Shown here: positions 24,801-38,705 of the stretch, piece after piece
Position numbering within the stretch: the first letter of the stretch is position 1
How the letters are laid out: each line of letters starts with the position of its first letter
Source of the DNA: Antedon mediterranea
Lineage: Eukaryota; Animalia; Echinodermata
Assembly (NCBI RefSeq): GCF_964355755.1
Contig: NC_092676.1
Coordinates: forward strand, 26,430,871-26,494,870
Length of the DNA: 64,000 bases
Direction: 5' to 3'
Notes under the pieces: generated by a model
Database searches by the model: none
Seen by the model: the letters and a program-made list of their open reading frames with translations, nothing else
What the model was told of the DNA's origin: nothing
Made by a program: the position numbers and the translations under genes

Positions 24801-25780
24801 TTCCAGTCGTTATAACGTGAAAAATGAAAGTACCCACCCGTAGGCCTAATTTCATTTGGATATAAGATGCATGCTTAGTATCCTTTTATATATTAATAAT
24901 TATATTGTTTAATTAGGCCATAATACTATGATAAGAGAGGATTTATTCCTTTATTAAAATACGGGTTTAGAGACGGAGCTGAGCAAAAAAAGAAGACTAT
25001 TTTCCCCAAACCAATAGGCCCTACTAATTATAGTCTCAAATTTTTTTCCCAAAATATGTGCCAAATAACTCCTTTTTTAAAGTCTTCCCTTTTGGTCTTT
25101 TTTCCTATCACCAACCGTAGTTCGTCATACCAACGAAATGCCGGCCAGGTGAATACGTATGCTATGTATTGCGTCGAATTTCCTAGATGTCATTAACACT
25201 TGAAATTTCTGTTTCTAAACACTATGCCCTCATTCGCTCCAAGAAAACGTTCACGCATTTATCATCACTAGGCCTATATCGACATTTTTGATATATTTCT
25301 CGTCATATTATTACATCATCATCATTATCATCATCATGGTCGTCGTCATGGGTGAATTTTCTTCATTTAGGCCTACAATAGGCTATCAATCGTTGTTTTT
25401 TAAATAAAGACACGAAATTTAATTTGTATTTCCTTTTATAGCAATTTTCATTGTTTACAAACAATTACAAAAAAAAAAACCGAAAAATAATGCATAAGAA
25501 TATATAACTTTATATGATTCCATGTCATATACTTAAAACAAAAACTAAACAACAATATAACCATGGCGGTTATACCCCCTCTTTTGAAAACGGAAGATGT
25601 TCTTGTATATAACTTGTTTATTGGAGGACATAATTACGAACCATCCCACATTTTTTTTAAACCAAAAACAATACTGCATAAAAATATATAACTACTACTA
25701 CATTTCTTGTCTTAATTAGTTTACCCTCTTTTTAAAAAGTGAGTAAAAACAATGAATATGGGCTTCTACTATTTGAGGAA

Positions 25781-26000
25781 GGACCTCCCCAAGGACACCC
25801 CCCCCCCCCAAGGACCTCCCCAGGGGCCTCCCCAAGGCCCTCCTCAGAGACCTCCCCAGAGACCTCCCCAGGGACCTCCTCAGGGACCTCCCAAAGGTCC
25901 TCCCAGAGACCTCCCCAGGGACCTCCCCAAGGCCCTCCCCAGGGACCTCCCAAATGCCCTCCCCAGAGACCTCCCCAGGGACCTCCCCAAGGCCCTCCCC
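25781..26000. repeat. C-rich 12-bp minisatellite (gggacctcccca)
   Basis: About 18 imperfect tandem copies. Produces spurious PQGP/GGPW ORFs. Confidence 0.9.
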
Positions 26001-26244
26001 AGTATCATTGGTCCACCTCTAAAGATACACCAAAGGTAATCTAACAATAGGACACTGAGCTTGCCTGTTCAAGATAGTAACTCGTAACAGTCCTTTGATC
26101 TTATGTCTGGCTGCGACAAATACCAACAGTACTGTACTATGTACATGCTTATGTACAACTGATCGTATCGAAGCCACATATAAACCACTTTGACCTCCGG
26201 AGCTCAGCATCCTGTTCTTAGATTTCCTTGATAGACCTGTACTC

Positions 26245-26352
26245 CATTTCTCGTCGCACTCTATTTCTCGTCGCACTCTATTTCTCGTCGCACTCTATGT
26301 CTCGTCGCACTCTGTTTCTCGTCGCACTCTATTTCTCGTCGCACTCTATTTC
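26245..26352. repeat. 17-bp tandem repeat (tttctcgtcgcactcta) x ~6
   Basis: Directly visible tandem copies. Confidence 0.92.
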
Positions 26353-27100
26353 ATCATCGGATGTTGTAGAGCTTTATTTTATTGTACTTTTTCACTTTTG
26401 AAAGGAAATCCGGTTTGTTTAAACAAACCAAATTAGTTTAATAATGGACCTGTAAATCCCTGCATCATCCTCTGCAATACGTATACCATGTTTTTATTCG
26501 GCACGTATACGGATACATTAGGCCGAAATATAAATATTTCTTACATAAATACATACATAAAAACATGGTGTCGGGAATAAAATGTAAAATATACAACGAT
26601 TAATTTATTTAACACAGACGCGTATATTTTACCAAAATATAATATAATATATATATGCATTCATTAATTACTTCAAGATTATTACAGTATTTTGGTCACA
26701 CAATTTTCAATAAGTAAAAAATATTTATAATGCATCTTAACATAAATTCATTAATGAAAAGTTTTTTCTAGAATTGTTTACGGGGCGCCATATGGGACAT
26801 TGGCAATCGTTCACCCTCCCACGCCACAATTAGCAAGAAGACAAAATACCGACGACGTCATACAACAAAGATGACGGCCTCAATATGACATCAAAAACAT
26901 GTCCATATAGTATCAACAGTTATAGACTTTAGGCCTAAATACATGACTAAAGATGAAAGAACGTCAACAAAATTGCATTCCTATGGCTCTGTCGTCACTT
27001 CCGTTTAAACTTTATAGTCTTGGTCAATCAAAATATTTACCACAATTCATTGCACAAAAATATTTAAAACTTCCGTTTCAAAATCAAACGTAAACAATCG

Positions 27101-30100
27101 TTAGTGAATGTTGTTTATTTTCGTAAACATTCCTTTCAAAACTTGTTTCATTTGCTGTGACGTCGAACTCCTTCTTCTCTGTTTACTATCTACCATTTTC
27201 CTCCGCCTGACCTCTCTGACAAGTTCGTGAAATGCCTCATAAACGTTCCTGTCTCCTAAACAAATAGATGTCTCATAAAAGGCACATGCTAATTCTTCTG
27301 AAAGTTTTTCTCCTTCTTCGTACGATACTTCTCGTTCGTGTTCCAAGTCGGCTTTGTTGCCGAGTATCACAATGGACACGTTACGCGCTTTCTTTACTTC
27401 ATCTAGAAAAGACTTGATTCTAAGAACTTGGTCGAAGCTTTGGCGATCTGTTACACTGTACATGACTAGGAAGCCTTCGCCCCATCGTATTTGGCCCTCT
27501 CTGTGGTTATCAGTATCCTACAAGAAAAGATAAATTGCTTTATACGTTTCTTGGATAATGTGCATAGAAGTACAGTTTGTCTAAAGCTTGGTTCCCACTA
27601 GGACGCAACGCAAGGACGTAGACGCAACGCAAGCGAGTTGACCAATCACAGGCAACTATTCGAATAATCTATCGCAATGTGATTGGTAAAATCACTTTGC
27701 ATTACGTTGCGTCCTAGTGGGAACCAAGCTTAAAGTATGCCTATTTATAATAGAAGCAAAAATATTTACTATGATTCTAATGAAAGCAACCGGCGCCTTC
27801 TGAGATTATAACAAAATCCATTAAACGTTAATGTAAAATGCAATAATTGAAATAGACTGAATTTCTCATTTTGTTCTAGAAGGCAGATACGCGCAAATGG
27901 ATAATGTAAACCTACTACAAAATAATAAACATACATAATAAAGTAATCGAATGATATGTTATTAGCATAAAACACAAAACTCTCTCTTTATAATATTTTT
28001 TTATAATTGATACATTTCAGAAAAAAAGTCTAAAGCGCATAGATGACAATGATTATCGTAAACGCATTGTGTGCGGGCAAGTGAGACATTGAAAAAAGGG
28101 ACTTACCCCACCAGCTGTGTCGAGTATATCTACGGTCATGACGTCATTATCTACAGTTGTTTGATGACGGTATGTGCATTCTAGAAAATAAAAACATAAT
28201 ATAAAATATAAAACATATTTAAAATTAATAATACTCGTGGATAAATACCAAACATCGAAAATAAATATCATTTATTAGGCCTATGTTGAACTTAAAACCT
28301 CGCGGCGCGGATTTATATTGCGTACGACGAAATACTGTTAACTTCGTCACTTATTCATACGCGTCCAAAAGACATATGTTAACAAAGTAATCCGAAGGGG
28401 AAAATAATTTTGACAACATAATCCGTTTAAACCAATCGTTGAAATTAATTCTGAATGAAATACTGGAGTCGTAATGTATGGCTCAACTTAATACTCAGAA
28501 CAGTCTCAGCAATTGAAGATTGGATTAAAAGAAAATGAAATTAACATTAACGACGTTTGCCACAGCGACCTGCGTAGAATGAAAACCAAGTGCTGCGATA
28601 ACTTTAGCGAATACGCCAAATCAGGAAGATGGCGGAAGCTGCAGACTGTTGTCTTTGGAATATTTATTTTGTCTTTAATATAAGTTTATGAACTTTATCT
28701 TTTAACAATATATGACAAAAAAAACATTATCAAACGTCATAGATTAAAAGAATAACATAAAAACCAACGAAAAATAATTGTTTTCCCACAAATGAAATTG
28801 TTCCTATTTATTTTTGTTCAATGTCTGTCACTTGTCTATCATAGCTTCCACATGTCGAAATTTACGCCGTCGGGTGTTATACCAACGCGTTGATGAGTGA
28901 TAGATCGCGTCAACAATGTTTAAAACGCGTCGCCGGCCGGGTGTTGTATCAAACGTGTTTAGTTGAGTGACAGATCGCGTCAACCGACTCATTCTGCACA
29001 CTCGTCACGTAAACTACAAACAGCTAAGTGAATTAAGATAACTGATGAAATAATTTTCTTTCAGGGAAATGTTTGCGTAATACGTAAAGCTTAAATGAGA
29101 AATAAGTGATTGAATTGAATATTCCGTGAATACGTGCGTATTTAAACTACATTAATGGCCGTTATATTTTGTAACCGTGTTGTGAATACTAAATCAGGCG
29201 GCAGTGTCAATAGACACGGATTTTATTTGTCCCGTGAGTGTTTTTAACAGACTCGTCACACGGCGAATATCAAAGTACATTGCACTTTGTCTGGGTTAAG
29301 TAGAGGCGGTTTTAGAAAGTGAACAATGTATGGTGATTGTGATGATGTTTGACGGAGATAGAAAGCCTGCTTCCCAATATTGAACGCATCAACACGATGG
29401 ATCATTCGAACTGTCGCTTGATTGGCCGACTAACTTGCGTTGCGCATACGCACTTGCGATTAATTTGCGATGAGCCGAGAGCTAGTGACAATGGTAATAC
29501 GAGAGTGTGATTTTTAAGGCAATGTTTTGAATTATAATCAGAATCTATCAAAATATACTGTTTATCTTAAATATCTGTATTGGAAACAGATAAATTATTG
29601 TACATACTATTGTTAAAACATTGTTGAAATTGTATTTGTATTTTGTATGTTCATGGCCCCAGGGAAGAACAACCATGGGGCTCCTCGATCCGTGACTAAT
29701 GTTGAATTGAATTGAATTAAACTAGATTGTTACTCACCTAGCGTCGGGTCATATTCCCATATAAATCTATTTGTTAAGAACCTCACAACAGCGGCTGTAA
29801 ATACAAAGAAACAAATACATTACCTTCATACATAGCTTACATACTCAATGTTACATAGATCATGAAAACAGCTGTTATTCCTATATACGTTTGTTCCCTT
29901 TACCTGTGTGGGGTATGTTTTTTCGTATTTAATGTCAAAAAGGGTAACATGATGACTTGACACCCTTTTAATTTATTGTTTTCTGAGACTTAGAAAAGTT
30001 AGGCCAACTGGATTAATGGAAGCGGACGGCTAAAAACCCTTCCGTGTAACATTAAAAATATATTTGACTCAGGAGTACAACATTATAAACACGATATTAC

Positions 30101-30624
30101 AAGAAGAATCAATGCTTTTTTGTGACATAGATAGATTTGAACTTTTAAATAAAAAATATTCCCTGAAATACAGGTTGAAAAAATTCAGATACATTAACAA
30201 ATGACGTCATAATCACCCTCAAATCAATCATCATACATTGTTTTTTCATCAACGATAATCTTCATCATCTTCAATAAGCATGTTCCTATCATGCAATTCC
30301 AATTGTACACTTAATCGTCATTATCATCATTATATTTTATTTCATTTATATGTAATTTTTTTACTTTCTATGGGCCAGAGTTTCCGAAATAAAAGATTGA
30401 ATGAATGAATGAGAAAATCCGCAATATTAAATCTATAGTATACGTCACACTTTATTGTTATCATCATCCTTATCAACGTTTTTTCAATAAAATAATTTCA
30501 TATAATAACTACCTGATTTTCCAACGCATGAATTGCCAAGCACTACCAATTTACATTCGGACATTTTACCGTTGCTTCCATTCCCACTTCCAAGATTCTG
30601 AGCTGGAACCGTCAGCCGGATCAT
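27101..30624 (-). CDS. RERG: Ras-related and estrogen-regulated growth inhibitor (RERG-family small GTPase)
   Basis: Exons 30624(or 30564)-30513, 29794-29738, 28180-28107, 27517-27101. [74 protein letters not shown]. No CAAX box, as in RERG. Confidence 0.92.
27585..27730. mobile_element. Harbinger-like MITE family 2 (TIR AGCTTGGTTCCCACTAGGACGCAACG, TAA TSD)
   Basis: TAA|AGCTTGGTTCCCACTAGGACGCAACG...CGTTGCGTCCTAGTGGGAACCAAGCT|TAA, with internal inverted CCAATCACA/TGTGATTGG. Confidence 0.9.
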
Positions 30625-30658
30625 AATGAACGATGATAATATACCTGAGACGGTGATA

Positions 30659-30798
30659 TTGTCCCGGTCGGCTATAAAGTGTAGGCTACCCCAAGTCTAC
30701 CTCAAGAGATACTCAAAAGTGTTTGGTTTTGACTTGTCCCCGTCGGCTATAAAGCGTACCCCAAGCCTACCTCGAGAGATACTCAAAAGTGTTTGGTT
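30659..30798. repeat. Two-copy ~70-bp tandem duplication in the RERG 5' UTR exon
   Basis: ttgtccc.gtcggctataaag..ta(ggcta)ccccaag.ctacctc.agagatactcaaaagtgtttggtt occurs twice. Confidence 0.9.
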
Positions 30799-31458
30799 AA
30801 GACAATGTACGCTGCCGAGTGTGCCTCAAGGGGTATCCACGCGAGGGTCTTCCAACGCGTCAGTTGAGCCAAGCGTAGTACCTTTAGGGTATCTTCTATT
30901 TGGTTAAGATAACTTACACTATTGGTTTAGACACACTTGTTCACTCCTGTAAAAATAAAGAAAGAATGGTGGTTATAGAATCGGATGTATTCTAATAGTA
31001 ATACCCATAAGGGAATTGACGAGAGAACAATAATTTTGCAGATATTGTAATCATCCGTGAGAAATTTAATAAAATAATCCGCATATTATATTATATCAAA
31101 ACGTAGTATTACAACATAATTATGACATTCCTACGTCATAACTATTTCCAGCATAAATATGATTTATTTATCGTTAAATTATTTAAGAACGGCATGATTT
31201 CTATTCGATAAAAATTGACAAATTGCGATATAATAAATCATTTCACAAATGATATAAAATCTGTAACTACTAGCCTACTCAGTCATTTCATTAATTTTCT
31301 ACGAAATTACTATTTCGGAGAATCGTAATACATCAGAGAGAAGAATAAAGTTTGACAAATGCGTTCAATAAATACCAAATCTGAGTCAGCGATTAACGAA
31401 TTTCGGTTCTGATCCAATGTGTATCAATTCTAATAGATAGCTAAGCCTACAACTTACT

Positions 31459-31680
31459 TTGTTTCTTGTACAAAATCCACTATGTAAAGGTTAATAAAAC
31501 GTTTTCTTTCCGTGTACAGAAACTTGGATGATGCTGCTTCAATGTCACACACTCGATCGTAAACTGAAAAGATAAAACGAAGAGCAGTGTTAATATACAT
31601 AATAAGATCGTCGGTCGTTCACATGGATGAAATGGGATGATCTGATTGGCTGGTAGTAAAGATGGCATGAGATTGGATGG
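31459..31680 (-). promoter_or_regulatory. Probable proximal promoter and non-coding first exon of RERG
   Basis: Minus-strand donor AAA|GTAAGT near 31458, matching acceptor tttttacag| at 30947, and two CCAAT boxes (gattgg at ~31643 and ~31671). Confidence 0.5.
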
Positions 31681-33549
31681 TTTATTTTAACGAAGGCCTA
31701 TAGTTATGTATTGCCTGTATTATGATATCTTTGCGTCTGTATGTTGTTCGTATCGTAATATAGACCTATGTTGCGGCTTTGTACGTAGGCCATGTGCGCA
31801 TTTTTAATGATGTAGCCTACACACGTAAAGCTTCTAAATCTACGCGAATTTCGTTAAGTTTAATTGTGCAATATTGGTTGATACGAATTCGGCTTTGTCG
31901 GAAAACATCTACCATAATAATAGACCTTAATACAGGGGAATTTCTATCGTATGAGATTTTATGTTTTTATTTTGTAAATCAACGCAACTGCACCTTCACG
32001 TATAAATAAGCGTAATCGTAAGAAAACGACGCAATCGTAAGCAGATCTTACGTCGACTGGAAACCAGGCTTTAACAAACAACCACACATACTTATTTACA
32101 TTGGCGTCCATCCATTCTAACATGTTTGTCTATTAATGTTTGTGATGTGAATGATGAGGACCGTGCGTGTGGCGGGAGTCCATTCTTTCGCGACAAGATC
32201 TATTTTACTCTCTCTAATCTAAGATTGATATTTAAGCCGTTGACACGTATTCTAGTAAATTTTCAGGCCAGCGAATCTAGTGTAATGTTTCAAGTTCTCA
32301 TTCAGTAAGTCTTAGAGCATATCAATGATGTAAAACAATACACATTCCCTATAAACAAGCTCATAATATGTGGTTTTTTAATACAGTGAAACAGTATTTT
32401 CCAGCGTGTCGTGTGGTTTAGACAGACATTAAAGATCGGTTCACATAGAGCGATCTAGATACGCGTCCATGTTACGACTTTAAAAATAAAAGGTATCTAC
32501 ATCCCTCTGTGTAAACGGTCTAGATACGTCTATTACGACAGACCTAATTAGGACAAAGCGGACGAATTGAAGTCGTAAGGTATCACAACGCTGTTCATTT
32601 ATGGGCATGCGCGATGGGAATCTACGATGCTGCGGTGAGCAAGTACGGTTTTACGAAATAAAGGAAAGAAGCTACGCGCACGGAAATGGCTTTTTCCTCT
32701 AACAAGCACTTACTGATCATCATGTGGTCACGTGATACATCCATCAGATATAAATTGTATACCCAGAACTGAACACAAAATTACTTTCGGCAATTCTTCG
32801 AAACATAATTCATTATCGTTTTATCGACTGTCGCTAAAACTACAACTCTCATTGATTTGAATACGAATAATACCGAAATAGTACAGCAAACGTTGTTTTT
32901 AATATATTGTTGAAATCACTGGTATATTTTTCACAATATGTGACTGAGTATCGGTATAAAATACATTATTATAATTGCACACTTGCCGAGCAGTCTCATG
33001 TCTGAGGCAGCCATGATTATTTCTTAAGCGTCCAGAGACAATGTTCTCAAACTAAGGCTTCAAGCTAAGGATTGACAGCATAGTTGGCTGTAGTCTGAGG
33101 GTAAATGAACAAACCGCCTCGGGGTAATTTTCGAACATTATGCTCATTACAATTTGATATATGAGAGTTTCAAATTTGCAGATTAATAAAAGCGAGTGCA
33201 TTGACTGTCTTTAAATGTCATAATGGGTAATTCTGATGTAATAAATGTTATTGTTTGTTTATTCCATTGATTTTAATCAAATTACTTCAAAACAGGTGCC
33301 GTTTTATTATTTTCCTCGCGAGGAGCCATGGTCTTCAATTTCTTGGATCTCAATCATTGTTTGGGACCGTTCACCTCTTTGCTTAGGCCAAGTTGTAAGA
33401 GTATTGAACTGTTGAGCTATTAGGACTATTAACCGGCTGAAACTATAGGTTTAGCTCTCGGGGTGAAACAACCTCATCACCGCTGGAAACGCACTGGTGT
33501 AGGTCGCTAACAAAAGGAACGGACGTCCTCAGATTGAACATTTTAGTAC

Positions 33550-34015
33550 GCCTTCGTATGGTATACGCCCTGGTATTGGTATACCTCTCGTTTGGTCGTC
33601 CTTGTATTGGTATATACGCCCTGGTATTGGTATACCTCTCGTTTGGTCGCCCTTGTATTGATATACTCCCTGGTATTGATATACCTCTCGTTTGGTCACT
33701 CTGGTATTGTTATACCTCTCGTATGATCGCCCTGGTATTGGATACCTCTCGACTCGTATGATCGCCCTGGTATTGGTATCCCCGGTGTTGGTATACCACT
33801 CGTATGATATACGCCCTTGGAATCGTATATCACTCGTATGGTATACGTCTATACTACCCCCTGGTATACCCCTCGTATGACATACGCCCTGGTATTGGTA
33901 TACCCATCGCATGATATACGCCCTGGTATTGGTATACAGCCTCACCTCTAGTGAGATAGACGCCCTGGTATTGCAACTATACCCCTCGAATGATAGCCCT
34001 GGTATACCCACTCGA
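33550..34015. repeat. Degenerate ~33-bp minisatellite (atacgccctggtattggtatacctctcgtatg)
   Basis: About 13 copies of cgccctggtattg. Explains ORFs 33529-34050. Confidence 0.9.
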
Positions 34016-35044
34016 ACACAAAAAGCTGTCCATAGATTCATATAGTTCATTCATTTTTTACAGCAGTACTCTACTATTTTTCCATTAAATAAATCTTTTA
34101 CCGCTTGATTAATTACAGAGCATTCTTGGGGATAATGATACAAAAACATATCATCTTTAATTACAGTGTATTTTAATTGGAAAGGTTTAATTGGCCAGTG
34201 ACTTGTAATAACATTTTGTTAGTTGAGAGTGGGCTAGCGAAGACCAACGGAGCGTTACTGTCCCATAGGGTACATCCGACATTATGTCCTTTATTTTCAA
34301 TACCTCATTCAGGTTAAATCAGTTTAAATATAATTAATAAATGTCATTTTAATTTCAATTGCTCCCGCAATTGATGCAAGTGACAAATTATTATTGGATG
34401 TAATAAGATGAAATGAAACGACTTCGCTTTTTATCACTTTCAAATGAAGATAAAAGATATATTCATCATGGCTTCCGGTTTGATGGTCGTATACACATCC
34501 GGGCAATGAACGTGTTTGAGCGCTGCGTTAACAACATCACGTGACGTATACGGAACGCTCTTTTCTCCAAAAGTTCTGCCAGTTATTTTTGGAAAAATAC
34601 TCCGACGGTAAAAACATTATAATAACAATCGAATTGCTAATTCGATATCAATTTCATCATGTCGTCACAACGAGAGTGTGTGTAGAAAATATTCCTAAAC
34701 ATTGTTAATATTAAGAAATATTTTTGTTTCAAAATACTAATCCATTTGAAATAGATTTAGAATCCGTATCATCACGGGAGTAGGTTGTTATGCCCTACGG
34801 TTAAGGTCAATAACTGATGACAGGATCGAGTCACAAGAATTCAAGCAAAAAAAGAAATGTTTATTTTGAACTTATTATGTCTATATATAGCACAAGGGGA
34901 CAATTTATCGGGTTGGATACAGCCAAATACTCCGTAACCGTAGTTTTTTCCAAAATTAGGAATCTAATACAACAATCACGATATGAAACGAACTTTGACA
35001 TGCCAAATGAGGAATGCCGGACATGAACCGAACCGGTGATTTAA

Positions 35045-35219
35045 AGCTCTGTCAACACTATCAAACTTTGTGACATCAAAATGTGTGATGTGCCCATATA
35101 TGGACATGATGATGTCATATCACTACCATATTTAAGCATATTCACTACCATATTTACTACCATATTTGGGCACATCACACTTTTTTTGTCAGAACTAGTT
35201 TGATAGTGTATACGAGGTT
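35045..35219 (+). mobile_element. MITE family 1 copy with extra internal subrepeat
   Basis: TAA|agctctgtcaacactatcaaact ... agtttgatagtgta. Confidence 0.82.
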
Positions 35220-36841
35220 TAGGATCTACCACCGATGTCAAAGATCAAAATACATAACACACAAAATACCGTGCCGAACACGGTAAAACACGACTTGTCT
35301 CTGGTCTGTTTCGCTATAGCAAATTCAAAATTAAAAGTTTAGAATTTAAACGAAAACTATTATATACACTCAGTAATATTTGTTCTCAATTGTGTCACTA
35401 ACATGTTTTATTAAAGTTAGAAGTAGCTAGACGTAATTTATGGAATTTAATAAGAAAATTAATTCCAATCAATAAAACGAACTAATGCAGTTTAAGCCGC
35501 AATAAAACTCGAAAGGAACTGTCAAACGAACCATGAGATTTATGAAGACTTGAAAATGCCCAAAGTTCACAAATACATAATATATAAATGCCGTGTGTTT
35601 AACTTGCACCATCAATAACAGCATAACAGCATATATCAGGGAGTTGTAAAATAACTCTGGCATAATCGCTATGTCGAAGCCTGTATAATTTACTCGGCGC
35701 TCGTTTACTATATGTAATATGCATTGTACACGAATTAATAAATACAATTGTATAGTTGCAAACCCGCGGTGTCATTCACAACGATAAAGTACTTATTGCA
35801 GGGGAAATGAAGTTATAACGTTAGGTTAGAGTTTTTCAACACACCTGCTGAATTGAAATTTATAAATGCCAAGGGTGAGAAATGTGGCGCACAGATATAA
35901 TTCATAAATAATATATTAATGTCTGAACGTCGAGCAGTATTGCTTTACGTAAGTATAGTAGCACATTTTCTGTGTATTGTAGAAGTATATAATATATTTA
36001 AGCTTAAAGTTTGCGAATTTTCTTTTTTCGTTTGTTGATATGGATGAAGTTTTTCTAAAATAAAAGAAATTGAATTGAAAACACCATTTATCAACTACAA
36101 CACAAAATGCAGCGGTTACAGGTTCGAATCCAATCATTGTTTTTTAAAAATCATTATCAGTTGGTGGACGCAACACACGGAAGTTAACGCGTCGTAAGTA
36201 TTGACCAATCACAACGCGAGGAGTACTCCGAACTGACTTTTGTGATTGGTCAGCTCACCTGTGTTGCGTCCAAGAGGGTATCGAGTTTTATATAGACGAT
36301 GCTTTGTTTAATAATGTATCAATTTAACATTACATGAACGTTTTTAAAAATATGCTACGAGACAAAACCTCTAAAATATTAGAACTCTTGAAATAAATAT
36401 TTGCAATATTACAGTAAATATTTTGACGGACTAATTGGCAATCAAACGAAATATTTCCAAGATAAAGTCAGCAACGTTAGGCCCCTAATAAGAAGTAGTA
36501 ATACCAATGCATCGGATAAATCTCCTCCAAAGCAAATCCCTATCAGAAATTCTATCGAATCTATTTTAGGAACTAATTAATAAGGATCAGTACAGATATA
36601 TACGTAAACGTACGATTTTTACCGGCATAAGAAGGTCTTTATAGTGTAGGAGCTTGAACCTAGAAAAAAAACCATATTAATATGTATGAGACGCTCATTA
36701 AGCGGTTAACCGCGACTTGTTATTGCAAACTCAATTCCTGTTTACCTTTTACTGAAGGCATAAATGTGGACGATGACGTTCCATAATTTAGTCGGGTAAC
36801 TTTGACAAAAGAAAAAAAATGTTTTATTTACATTTTCCTAA

Positions 36842-36998
36842 AGCTCTGTCTACACTATCAAACTTTATGTGACACAACAATTTGATGTGCCCATATATAG
36901 ACATGATGTCATATCACCACCATATTTGGGTATATCACTTCCATATTTAGGCACATCAAACATATTTGTCAAACTAGTTTGATAGTGCAGACAGAGCT
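36842..36998 (+). mobile_element. MITE family 1 full copy with TAA TSD
   Basis: TAA|AGCTCTGTCTACAC...GCAGACAGAGCT|TAA. Confidence 0.88.
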
Positions 36999-38319
36999 TA
37001 ACGATGATTAGACACGTGACAACAAGTCTACTTGGGTTTTCTCGTGTACAAAATGTTCTACTCAGAAGACAGCGCTGTTTATCTCATTTTTCTAAAGTTA
37101 ACGATGAGATTCGGCGAGTTGCAAATTGCTGCATTCATGATTTAAAGTGTTCTCGTTAGTTGGAAATGTTTCCTATAACGATCGTCCTTTTCTTTTGTTT
37201 ACAGTTTCATGATGGTTCGTCACGATGGAAAGTAATAACGATTTCAAACATCGTAAATTACGATGTTGGCGCGTCATACTGATTCGTTAATGATTCTCGA
37301 CATTTAAATAATGTATCGATGACGTCGCTATGGAAATCACCGTCTCGTATGATGATGGCAGTTGAACGACGGCGCTTCATACTTTATTGATTCATAATAA
37401 TTTTCTCCACTTCAAAAATGTATCCTTGACGTTCAAATATGACGGTCGTCTGTACATTTCTTTTTATGGTGGCTTAGTGATGCATTCGAACGGCGTTATA
37501 AATAATTGATTATTCAATTGAATTACGTACAATAACCAAAATTACGAAGAATTTACGTAAGCATACGGTTAAGAAAGTCATGACGTAACGAACAATTTAG
37601 AAACGCACATAATGGTACGTGAATTTGAAGCATAAACGCGCTAAAATATACTTTTACTATACGTGTAATGTTTCCTACTAATGATACACTGTAGGAATAA
37701 GCTAACCACAATCCCATTGCAAGGTTACGGGATATCACCCCCAAAATAACAATAGCTATAGCCACTAGCCATGCTGTGCTGGTGCACTGATGTTATTTAC
37801 ATTCGTGTGAACCGATAGTACAGGATCGTGTCAAGATTCTTTCCAAGTTGGATTATTTTCCCCCAAAGCGATCACCTGAGCTATTATAAACCATTCAGTA
37901 ACAGACCACACACACAATTGGGTTTTGTGATTTACCCAATTCCATGACAGAAGTACAGTCAATGATAATAAGACACTAGAAATGTCATGTATGAATTTAT
38001 CAATAGATCCGCAGGTGAAATAGCGCTCCGTTCCTGAACCCGACACACGGAGCACATGCTTAGCGCGTCAATCAGGGCCTAAGACAATAAAGATGTCTGC
38101 AAAATACAGCTGTCTGACAAAGGACACTTTATTAAAACTTTCTACATTTAGAACTTTTAAGCGAAATCATCTAATTTAAATCAATCTATTTGTGAATCTT
38201 CACGGAACCACGTGACACAAGTTTCGGGAGTTGATTATGCAGCATACTGCAACTATAAACACGCTCCTGAGAGTGGTTCACTACTGCGCATGCACAAACG
38301 CAGTTACTTTGACCTACCG

Positions 38320-38705
38320 AAACACAGTAATCTGATCTATACCACAAGTGTGACCACACACAATTTGACTTACCACAAGTGTGACGACACATAGTTATTT
38401 GACAGTAATCTGACCGAACACAGTGTAACAACACAGTAAATTTACCAATTTCAAGTGTGACGACACACAGTAATCTGACCTACCAAAAGTGTGGCAACAC
38501 ACAGTAATCTGACCTATCACAAGTGTGACGACAAACAGTAAACTGACCTAACACAGGTGTGACGACAAACAGTAAACTGACCTAACACAGATCTGACGAC
38601 ACACAGTAATTTGATGTACCACAAGTGTGACGACACACAGTAATTTAACATACCGCAAGTGTGACGACACACAGTAAACTGACTTAACACAACTGTGACG
38701 ATACG
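38320..38705. repeat. ~33-bp minisatellite (aagtgtgacgacacacagtaatctgacctaccac)
   Basis: About 11 imperfect tandem copies. Confidence 0.88.

Noticed and set aside
25732-26044. Proline-rich or collagen-like ORFs (PQGPPQ, GGPW)
   Set aside because: Translation of a 12-bp minisatellite open in several frames, with no splice or signal-peptide support.
27101-27130. Missing CAAX box on a Ras-like protein
   Set aside because: A known normal property of RERG, not novel.
33529-34050. 173-aa ORF
   Set aside because: Lies entirely in a degenerate minisatellite, with no recognisable domain.
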